Positions 19,223 to 25,495 of a stretch of DNA of 47,552 bases are shown piece after piece (positions within the stretch are counted from its first letter, which is position 1; the number at the start of each line of letters is the position of its first letter). The position numbers and the translations under genes were made by a program. The notes beneath the pieces are model-generated. The model ran no database searches, was not told where the DNA came from, and saw only the letters and a program-made list of their open reading frames with translations. Origin of the DNA: Candidatus Omnitrophota bacterium (lineage in GTDB: Bacteria; Omnitrophota; Gorgyraeia; Gygaellales; Profunditerraquicolaceae); assembly GCA_022013085.1 (NCBI GenBank), contig JAKLQX010000056.1, positions 1-47,552 on the forward strand, given 5' to 3'.

Positions 19223-19299
19223 CCCGCACCTTCTTTCTTATTTAATTTGTTAAACCGCATGGCTTTAATAGTTGAATAATTAGAAGGTGCGGGGTTCAT
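19219..19299 (-). CDS. 26-codon mini-ORF inside a palindromic cassette upstream of hom (copy A)
   Basis: ATG at 19299. Peptide is MNPAPSNYSTIKAMRFNKLNKKEGAG. Its TGA overlaps the hom GTG (GTGA). The ends of the ORF form a perfect 14-bp inverted repeat (19221..19234 and 19282..19295). Confidence 0.35.
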   Translation of the reverse strand: MNPAPSNYSTIKAMRFNKLNKKEGAG

Positions 19300-19302
19300 A
19301 AA

Positions 19303-19659
19303 TTACCCTTTCTTAAGATAATAGCTGACTGTTTCATTAATTACCTTATGGTGTTTTTCATCGACGGATAGAAAAATAAGCCTTGTATCATAAATGATAT
19401 CTTTGGTAATTTCTCTGGATTCTAAAACTCTGCTAATCAGCTTAATCGGGTTTGGATCAAAAGGTAAGCGGATCTCAAGGCCTAAGATTGTCCCGATTGG
19501 AAATTTGCAATTAGTCGTGAGTAGCATCCCACCTAAACATAAATTTTTGGTTTGGGTTATATCAGTGGTTGTGTCATTCTCTAAAATTCTATACGAAACA
19601 ATAAACCTGCCGTTTGCTCTTGGGTATTTTCTTTTCTCTAGTCCTGAGTAAGTAGCCAT
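19303..19659 (-). CDS. PilZ domain protein
   Basis: 118 aa. RKYPR (RxxxR) and NLCLGG (D/NxSxxG-like) motifs. Confidence 0.8.
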   Translation of the reverse strand: MATYSGLEKRKYPRANGRFIVSYRILENDTTTDITQTKNLCLGGMLLTTNCKFPIGTILGLEIRLPFDPNPIKLISRVLESREITKDIIYDTRLIFLSVDEKHHKVINETVSYYLKKG

Positions 19660-19704
19660 TTAATACGCCTCCTTTTTAATGAACCAATTTTACTTCTTAA
19701 TAAG

Positions 19705-19779
19705 TCGGGGCGGACAGATTTGAACTGTCGACCTCTTGAACCCCATTCAAGCGCTCTAGCCAAACTGAGCCACGCCCCG
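19705..19779 (-). tRNA. tRNA-Pro (GGG)
   Basis: CGGGGCG acceptor stem. Anticodon arm CTTGA-ATGGGGT-TCAAG. T-arm GACAG-TTCAAAT-CTGTC. No encoded CCA. Confidence 0.9.
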
Positions 19780-19800
19780 TATTACATTTTGCGTGCCCCG

Positions 19801-20799
19801 CTATATCTCTTCCTTGCTTTTTCTCGTCATCAAATCGTTTACTGCCCTTGAAGGTGTTTTGCCCTGATATAATAATTTATACACTTCTTTTGTTATGGGC
19901 ATATCTACTTTGTATTTTTTACTTAAGGCAAAGGCAGATTTTGCTGTAGGCACACCTTCAGCTACCATTTGCATATGTTTATAAATCTCTTTTAAAGTTT
20001 TTCCACTTCCAATCTGTTCTCCTACAAATCGATTTCTGCTCTGTTTGCTTATACATGTAGTTACAAGATCGCCTAATCCGCTTATTCCGCTAAAAGTTTC
20101 TAAAGTTGCGCCCATTTTCTTACCTAATCTAGAGATTTCAGCTAAACCACGCGCTAGTATTGCTGCTTTAGTGTTAGTACCATACCCCAATCCATCGGAT
20201 ACGCCGCAGGCAATAGCTATTACGTTTTTTAAACTCCCTCCTAATTCTACTCCTATAACATCCGGATTAGTGTATACGCGGAATCTTTCTGTATTAAATA
20301 TGGTTTGTAATAATTTACGTACTTTCTTGTCACGGGAAGCGATGACAGCTGTTGTTGGAATGCCTTTGGCTACTTCGCCGGCAATAGTCGGACCGGATAG
20401 CACTGCTAATTTAACTGATCCTAACTCTGAATTAATTATTTCCGAGATTCGTTTCGAAGATTTTATTTCGATACCTTTAGTAACGCTTAAGAAAATTGTA
20501 TTTTTGCTAAAATTGCCCTTAATTCTTTTTAATATATTTCGTGTATACTGCGAAGGAATGGCTAAAACAATAATATCTTTGCAAAAAATAGCTTTTTTAA
20601 GATCGCTAGTGATTTCGATTTTTCTAGGGATGCGTATTCCAGGTAAAAATTTAGAGTTTAACCGGTTTTTAGCCATAGTCTTAGTATAATTTTCAAAAGC
20701 ACCCCAAAGGGTGACTGCATAGCTTTTACTAGAAAGTAGTATAGCTAATGTTGTCCCCCATCCCCCATCCCCTAACACAGAAATCTTTAGTTTGCGCAT
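19801..20799 (-). CDS. gpsA: NAD(P)H-dependent glycerol-3-phosphate dehydrogenase
   Basis: 332 aa. VLGDGGWGT dinucleotide fold. Typical GpsA pattern throughout. Confidence 0.95.
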   Translation of the reverse strand: MRKLKISVLGDGGWGTTLAILLSSKSYAVTLWGAFENYTKTMAKNRLNSKFLPGIRIPRKIEITSDLKKAIFCKDIIVLAIPSQYTRNILKRIKGNFSKNTIFLSVTKGIEIKSSKRISEIINSELGSVKLAVLSGPTIAGEVAKGIPTTAVIASRDKKVRKLLQTIFNTERFRVYTNPDVIGVELGGSLKNVIAIACGVSDGLGYGTNTKAAILARGLAEISRLGKKMGATLETFSGISGLGDLVTTCISKQSRNRFVGEQIGSGKTLKEIYKHMQMVAEGVPTAKSAFALSKKYKVDMPITKEVYKLLYQGKTPSRAVNDLMTRKSKEEI

Positions 20800-20804
20800 T
20801 ATTT

Positions 20805-21554
20805 TTATTTTATCACTAAATTATTTTTATTTGTTCTTAATTTTGCCAGGTCCCAGGCGTAATCATAAAGATGCAACCCTTTGCTTACAGCAATAATTTC
20901 GCCGTCATCAACCCCGATTTCTTCAGCCATATATTGTTTAACTAGTTGTAGCCCGCCTAAATTAGAGGGAAAACCTCCCCAGAGATCCCAGGAACGAAAG
21001 TACAGAATAAAATGAAGTTTGCCATAACGCAGGCGCGTATCGATTAACCTTAAACAAGGTGGGTCAACTAATTTGATATCTGATGGCATACCGATTTCCA
21101 TTACCGCTTGGTTAGTTCCTGGCCCGTTTTCTTTGTACATTTTAATTACTTCTTCTATTTGATTAACATTTAAAGGCATATCATGTGTTAGTTCTTTACC
21201 GTCTAAGGTTTGCGAAATTCTCACCTTAGGATCCACTAACCTTTCTCCATAAGTATAATCTTCGGTTTCTGTCTTTGCTCCAGTGAGTAAGTAACTCAAA
21301 TATCCTTGAATGTAATTCATATCTGTTGGTGCGGGGATATTCATGCCTTCCGGTATAATTGGGATTATTTGGTGATTGGGCTTACGCACCCTTAGAGAAA
21401 CAAAATCAAATTCTAAGCGTTTTTGTCCCTCATAGCTTCCGCGAGTGATTGTATAAGCATGGCCCTTATCTAATATCGCAGATAAGCATTGAAACCACGC
21501 ATCATCTAAATCAAAAGCATCTATGTAAACAGGTTTTAAAAATTCATCGCTCAT
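20805..21554 (-). CDS. Thymidylate synthase (ThyA-fold) family protein, archaeal/methanogen-like type
   Basis: Active-site-like DPPCL, and YFRSWDLWGGFPSNLGGL matching ThyA QRSxD..G.PFN. I start it at MSDEF, 1 nt after the regulator stop, rather than at the longer track ORF. Confidence 0.7.
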   Translation of the reverse strand: MSDEFLKPVYIDAFDLDDAWFQCLSAILDKGHAYTITRGSYEGQKRLEFDFVSLRVRKPNHQIIPIIPEGMNIPAPTDMNYIQGYLSYLLTGAKTETEDYTYGERLVDPKVRISQTLDGKELTHDMPLNVNQIEEVIKMYKENGPGTNQAVMEIGMPSDIKLVDPPCLRLIDTRLRYGKLHFILYFRSWDLWGGFPSNLGGLQLVKQYMAEEIGVDDGEIIAVSKGLHLYDYAWDLAKLRTNKNNLVIK

Positions 21555-21555
21555 A

Positions 21556-21945
21556 TTAAGTGTTACTCCCGCTTTCTTTGGCGCTTTTAACAAATTGTTT
21601 AAAGGTAGTTATTATTTGTGATATGGGCATATTTTTACCGATATATCCTGAACATCCAAGTTGTTTTGTTTTACTAATCAAATCTTCATCGTAGCCGAAT
21701 CCGGTAATCATAACTACTGGAAGATTAGAATAGCTATCTCGTATATTTTTTAGAACCTCTAATCCGCTTACGCCGGGTAATTTGATATCCAAAAGAACCA
21801 CGTCAAAGTTTTCTTTTTTAAGTAGCTCTAACGTTTCCTCTCCAGTAGCGCAGGTATTTGTTTTATACCCTTCTTTTTTTAACAGTTCAGAAAACAAATC
21901 TCTTACTGCTTCTTCATCGTCAACTATTAAAATCTTGTAAACCAT
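21556..21945 (-). CDS. Single-domain response regulator (CheY-like receiver)
   Basis: 129 aa. ILIVDDE, phospho-acceptor context VVLLDIKLPG. No output domain. Confidence 0.9.
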   Translation of the reverse strand: MVYKILIVDDEEAVRDLFSELLKKEGYKTNTCATGEETLELLKKENFDVVLLDIKLPGVSGLEVLKNIRDSYSNLPVVMITGFGYDEDLISKTKQLGCSGYIGKNMPISQIITTFKQFVKSAKESGSNT

Positions 21946-21956
21946 CGCCCCTCCCC

Positions 21957-23411
21957 TTAGTTAAAAGGTAATTTAATCGTAAAAGTTGTCCCTTGATTAA
22001 CTTGGCTTTTTAATTCAATTGATCCGTTATGATTTTTAATAATGTTATGACAGATTGATAAGCCTAACCCAGTGCCGTCGTGTTTCGTTGAAAAAAAAGG
22101 CATAAAAATGTTTTTTAGTTGGCTTGGCGGTACTCCGGTTCCCGTATCGCTAATTTGTATTTGCGCATAAAGATTCTGAAAATTGCTTGTGGTAATTTCA
22201 ATTACTCCGCCGTTTGGCATGGATTGACAAGCGTTTATGAGAAGGTTAAGAAAAACTTCCTGCAGCTGGTGCAAGTCCCCCTTTATTTTAGGCATCTCCT
22301 TTTCAAAGTTTTTCTTTATTTCAATTTTAGACATCGGAAGATTATTATAGTAAATAAGCGGTAAAACTAACTCAATGGCATCGTTTATCGCAATTGCTTC
22401 AAAAGTGGGGGTTGTTTTACGCGAGAATTTTAAAATTCTATCGACAAGTTTACGAATACGGTCAGTTTGAGCGCCGATTAAATTAAGGCTGTTTTTAACT
22501 TTTTGGTTAAGCCGTTCATCTTTGAGCATTTCCAATCTTCCGGATATGACAAAAAGAGGGTTATTAATTTCATGCGCCATACCCGCGGAAAGTTGGCCTA
22601 AGGCTGCTAATTTTTCCGCTTGGAATATCTGGTATTCTAATTTTTTTCTTTCAGTGATATCTTTTGCAATAAAAATATAACCTGAGAGTTTTCCGGTTGA
22701 ATCCAGGAATTGATTAACGGTTAAAATTACCGGAATAGTTCCGTTAGTTTTAGTAACTAGGTCTATTTCAGTTTCATATTTACCGAAATTGCGTACGTTT
22801 TCCAGAATAGATTGTAAATTAGCCGCAGAGTCAAAATTGTGCAGAATGGAAACGTGTTTAAAAATGATGTCTCGTTTGTTCCAGCCTAGCATTGTTTCTG
22901 AACCCATACCAAAATAGGTGATATTCCCATCCAGGTTAATCAAATATAAGGCATATTCTTTTATTCCGGAAAAGATATTCTTTAACGTTTCCCCGATATT
23001 TTTTAGCGAAGATTCTCTTTCTTTAGTCTCAGTAATATCGTGTCCGACCAATATGTTTCCTTCGATCTGGTTATTTTCAGCCTGAATTGGAGTAAGATTC
23101 CAAGCAATAAACCTTTCGTTACCTTCCTTATCCAGGATGGCTCCTTCAAAATCCTTGCCTCTTTTATACTTCATGGAATCATCCATGACTGCTTTGAGCA
23201 GGTCCTTTTTTATGATGCTATTTTTGTTGCGGAATAATATACTGAGCCAATTTTTACCGATGATTTGTTCATGATTAAGGCCGGTTATGTCTTTTAATTT
23301 TTTATTGCAGAAAATAACGTTTTCATGATTATCTAAGTAAAGCATAATTACGCCCGAGTTATCGAGCAATTTATGAAGCATCTCTTTAGTTTCTTCAATA
23401 GTTATTTTCAT
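21957..23411 (-). CDS. PAS-domain sensor histidine kinase
   Basis: H-box AHEINNPL, G-boxes DTGTGV and GTGLGLS, two PAS-like segments. Start set at MKITIEE, because the longer track ORF overlaps a tRNA-Gly fragment. Confidence 0.9.
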   Translation of the reverse strand: MKITIEETKEMLHKLLDNSGVIMLYLDNHENVIFCNKKLKDITGLNHEQIIGKNWLSILFRNKNSIIKKDLLKAVMDDSMKYKRGKDFEGAILDKEGNERFIAWNLTPIQAENNQIEGNILVGHDITETKERESSLKNIGETLKNIFSGIKEYALYLINLDGNITYFGMGSETMLGWNKRDIIFKHVSILHNFDSAANLQSILENVRNFGKYETEIDLVTKTNGTIPVILTVNQFLDSTGKLSGYIFIAKDITERKKLEYQIFQAEKLAALGQLSAGMAHEINNPLFVISGRLEMLKDERLNQKVKNSLNLIGAQTDRIRKLVDRILKFSRKTTPTFEAIAINDAIELVLPLIYYNNLPMSKIEIKKNFEKEMPKIKGDLHQLQEVFLNLLINACQSMPNGGVIEITTSNFQNLYAQIQISDTGTGVPPSQLKNIFMPFFSTKHDGTGLGLSICHNIIKNHNGSIELKSQVNQGTTFTIKLPFN

Positions 23412-23423
23412 TTTCTGTTTTAA

Positions 23424-23463
23424 AGCGGGAGAGGGGAATCGAACCCCCATATATTTGTGCTTG
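23424..23463 (-). pseudogene. tRNA-Gly 3'-half fragment
   Basis: CAAGCACAAATATAT-GGGGG-TTCGATT-CCCCT-CTCCCGC-T. T-arm and 3' acceptor strand are intact. The anticodon-stem strand is disrupted relative to GCTAT. No CCA. Confidence 0.7.
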
Positions 23464-23512
23464 CCCCGCCGGTCTATTAATAATTTGGCGGGGTCCCGCC
23501 TCGTCTCTATTC

Positions 23513-23586
23513 TGGAGCGGGTGATCGGAATCGAACCGACATATATAGCTTGGAAGGCTATTATTCTACCATTGAACTACACCCGC
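23513..23586 (-). tRNA. tRNA-Gly (TCC), CCA encoded
   Basis: GCGGGTG-TA-GTTC-AATGGTA-GAAT-A-ATAGC-CTTCCAA-GCTAT-ATAT-GTCGG-TTCGATT-CCGAT-CACCCGC-T-CCA. Confidence 0.92.
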
Positions 23587-23603
23587 ATAATAATCTTAAT
23601 ATT

Positions 23604-23644
23604 GGCGGGAGAAGGCTATTGTTCTACCACTGAACTACTCCCGC
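23604..23644 (-). pseudogene. tRNA-Gly 5'-half / internally deleted fragment
   Basis: GCGGGAG-TA-GTTC-AGTGGTA-GAAC-A-ATAGC-CTTC, followed directly by TCCCGCC. The acceptor strand matches the 3' fragment at 23424..23463, not the intact tRNA-Gly. Confidence 0.7.
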
Positions 23645-23658
23645 GTCGGTAGAATTCT

Positions 23659-23959
23659 TGGGCAGGAGAGGATTCGAACCTCTGAAGCACAGGTGCAACA
23701 GATTTCAAGTGCCCTCAAGTTACCTTGAGGCTTGGACTATCTCATCACCTTGGCTATAAATAGCTTTAGGCGGTAGGCGCTTAGTCTCTGCACCTTCCCT
23801 CCCTCTTGGTTTCGCAAGATAACGGGAGGGCTTGGCTCAGGATTGCCCTTAACTTTTAAGTCAAGGGGTTCCCTGAATTCACCTACTTTTCCATCTCGCT
23901 TCTCAACGAGACGCTGCGTTTACACAGTCTGTCCCCTTTGGCCACTTGGGTACCTGCCC
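23659..23959 (-). tRNA. tRNA-Tyr (GTA) interrupted by a group I intron
   Basis: Exon 1 is 23959..23924 (GGGCAGGTACCCAAGTGGCCAAAGGGGACAGACTGT). Exon 2 is 23705..23659 (AAATCTGTTGCACCTGTGCTTCAGAGGTTCGAATCCTCTCCTGCCCA). Joined, they give a canonical class II tRNA whose anticodon arm CAGACUGUAAAUCUG matches E. coli tRNA-Tyr. Confidence 0.9.
23706..23923 (-). ncRNA. Group I self-splicing intron (IC3-like core), 218 nt, no internal ORF
   Basis: The 5' exon ends in U, which can form a U-G wobble with intron GCAG (P1). The intron ends in G. Core strings UCAGGGAA, GGGCAAUCCUGAGCCAAGCC, AAGGUGCAGAGACU and AGUCCAAG are near-identical to cyanobacterial tRNA-Leu introns. P9 is CCUCAAG-GUAA-CUUGAGG. Confidence 0.88.
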
Positions 23960-24557
23960 ATATTAAAACAAAATCTTTAATCCAATTGTCTATTATTCCT
24001 AATAATTTCTTGTCATTATACCTAATATGCACCAAACCATAAATTAATTTTCTTTTACTTAAGTTAGGGTTACCTTTTCTAATAAAAGGTTTGGTAAATT
24101 GCTTTAAAGAAATTTTTGTTAGATTATGCCAATATAATTTTAAAGAATTTACATTTTGATAGGAATATCCGTAAAGATAAACTCTCAACCGCTCTTCTTT
24201 TGCACCGCAAATTTCTCTTAAAAATCTTAAAAAAATTTTTATCATTTTCGGGTTACTATTTACAAAATCCACAGAATTACCTTTTGATGTTCCTTCGGCC
24301 CAATATAGCATAATTCCCGCTATTTTCAATTTCTCTTCCGCGATAGATAAATCAGTCTTGATCCTAAATTGAGGTCTACTTTTATTGACAACATAATTAA
24401 CTTCGGAAAAAGAACGACGTGGTATATTATTCTCGCGCATAAAATCATGCAAGCGCCACATCGAAATATTTAATCTCTTAGCGGTTTCTTCTAAATTACG
24501 TTCTTCGTTCCAATACAGGCTTTTAACTTCGTTAACATCAAGAATACTTTTATTCAT
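23883..24557 (-). CDS. HTH plus LAGLIDADG-like putative homing endonuclease, free-standing
   Basis: 224 aa. N-terminal HTH (LEETAKRLNISMWRLHDFMRENNIPRR). IAGIMLYWAEGTSKGNSVDFVNSNPKMIKIFLRFLREICG resembles a single LAGLIDADG motif with the following beta-sheet scaffold. The last about 25 codons read through tRNA-Tyr exon 1 and 41 nt of the intron. Confidence 0.55.
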   Translation of the reverse strand: MNKSILDVNEVKSLYWNEERNLEETAKRLNISMWRLHDFMRENNIPRRSFSEVNYVVNKSRPQFRIKTDLSIAEEKLKIAGIMLYWAEGTSKGNSVDFVNSNPKMIKIFLRFLREICGAKEERLRVYLYGYSYQNVNSLKLYWHNLTKISLKQFTKPFIRKGNPNLSKRKLIYGLVHIRYNDKKLLGIIDNWIKDFVLIWAGTQVAKGDRLCKRSVSLRSEMEK

Positions 24558-24566
24558 ATATTTTTT

Positions 24567-24639
24567 AGCCGGCGAGAGGAATCGAACCCCCGACCTTTTG
24601 TTTACAAAACAATTGCTCTACCAACTGAGCTACGCCGGC
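24567..24639 (-). tRNA. tRNA-Thr (TGT)
   Basis: GCCGGCG-TA-GCTC-AGTTGGTA-GAGC-A-ATTGT-TTTGTAA-ACAAA... T-loop TTCGATT. No CCA. The 5' end lies 1 nt after the nnrD stop. Confidence 0.9.
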
Positions 24640-24640
24640 A

Positions 24641-25495
24641 TCAACTACACATCTTTAACGCATCCGGAATCCGATTGATGATGTCCGATGCGATTAATCC
24701 CATTTGCGTTTTATCTTTTGCTGCTATATCTCCGGCTAAGCCATGAATAAGCGTAGCGTATTTAGCAGCAGTAAAAGCATCTAATCCTTGGGCTAGGAAT
24801 CCGCCTACTACGCCGCTAAGCACATCCCCGCTTCCGGCTGTAGCCATCCCAGGATTGCCACTCTTATTTATATAAGATTTTCCATTAGGGTTAGCTACAA
24901 TACTATTATGGCCTTTAAGGATAATTACACTATTATAATATTTCGCGTACTTTTGCGCAATCAATATTCTTCTCTTGCGTACTTGCTGCATACTTAAATT
25001 AAAAAGCCGAGAAATCTCTTTTTCATGCGGAGTAAGCACGATTTCAAAAACGTGTCTTTTCAATATTCCTAAATTATTATTTAAAGCATTAAGCGCGTCC
25101 GCATCAATAACCATAGGATGTTCGCAACTACTAATAACTTTTCTTATCAAAGCATAGGTTGATTTATTCTCTCCTAATCCCGGACCAATAATTAATACAT
25201 TAATGCGTTTCAGCATTAAGGATATTTTAGCAAAAGCAAGCAAGCTCAATGTCCCCATTTTAGTTTCTTCTAGCGGTAAACTCATAACTTCTTTTGGTTT
25301 AGTTTTTATGATACCAAGGTTAATGCTTTTTGGTATACCTAAAGTTACTAAACCAGCGCCACTTCGCATGGCGGCTTCTGCGCATAACAAAGCAGCTCCT
25401 GAGAATCTGCTAGATCCAGCCAAAATTAAGATGTGGCCGTAATCACCCTTATGAGTTTTAACTTTTCTTTGTAACAATCGCGTTGGCAACCGCAT
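24641..25495 (-). CDS. nnrD: ADP-dependent NAD(P)H-hydrate dehydratase (YjeF C-terminal type)
   Basis: 284 aa. HKGDYGH and GSGDVLSG motifs. Confidence 0.9.
   Translation of the reverse strand: MRLPTRLLQRKVKTHKGDYGHILILAGSSRFSGAALLCAEAAMRSGAGLVTLGIPKSINLGIIKTKPKEVMSLPLEETKMGTLSLLAFAKISLMLKRINVLIIGPGLGENKSTYALIRKVISSCEHPMVIDADALNALNNNLGILKRHVFEIVLTPHEKEISRLFNLSMQQVRKRRILIAQKYAKYYNSVIILKGHNSIVANPNGKSYINKSGNPGMATAGSGDVLSGVVGGFLAQGLDAFTAAKYATLIHGLAGDIAAKDKTQMGLIASDIINRIPDALKMCS

Noticed and set aside
19219-19299. Threonine-operon attenuator leader peptide
   Set aside because: The peptide has only one Thr and one Ile codon. The same cassette also precedes gatB, which is unrelated to threonine supply.
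20045-20689. 214-aa plus-strand ORF opposite gpsA, and similar plus-strand ORFs opposite most minus-strand genes
   Set aside because: These are typical mirror-frame ORFs of strongly conserved genes. None has a motif, an RBS or a plausible operon partner.
23412-23450. N-terminal extension (MGVRFPSPALKQK) of the histidine kinase ORF
   Set aside because: It is the translation of the tRNA-Gly 3' fragment (T-arm and acceptor strand). The kinase most plausibly starts at MKITIEE (ATG at 23411).
23424-23644. Archaeal-style split or BHB-intron tRNA-Gly whose halves are joined in trans or by an EndA-type endonuclease
   Set aside because: The complementary TCCCGCC/GGCGGGG leader pairing is suggestive. 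However, the 3' half's anticodon-stem strand (GCACA) cannot pair with ATAGC. No 3-4-3 bulge-helix-bulge can be drawn. The gene content is bacterial, where no splicing endonuclease is expected. It is kept only as an insertion or decay scenario in the findings.
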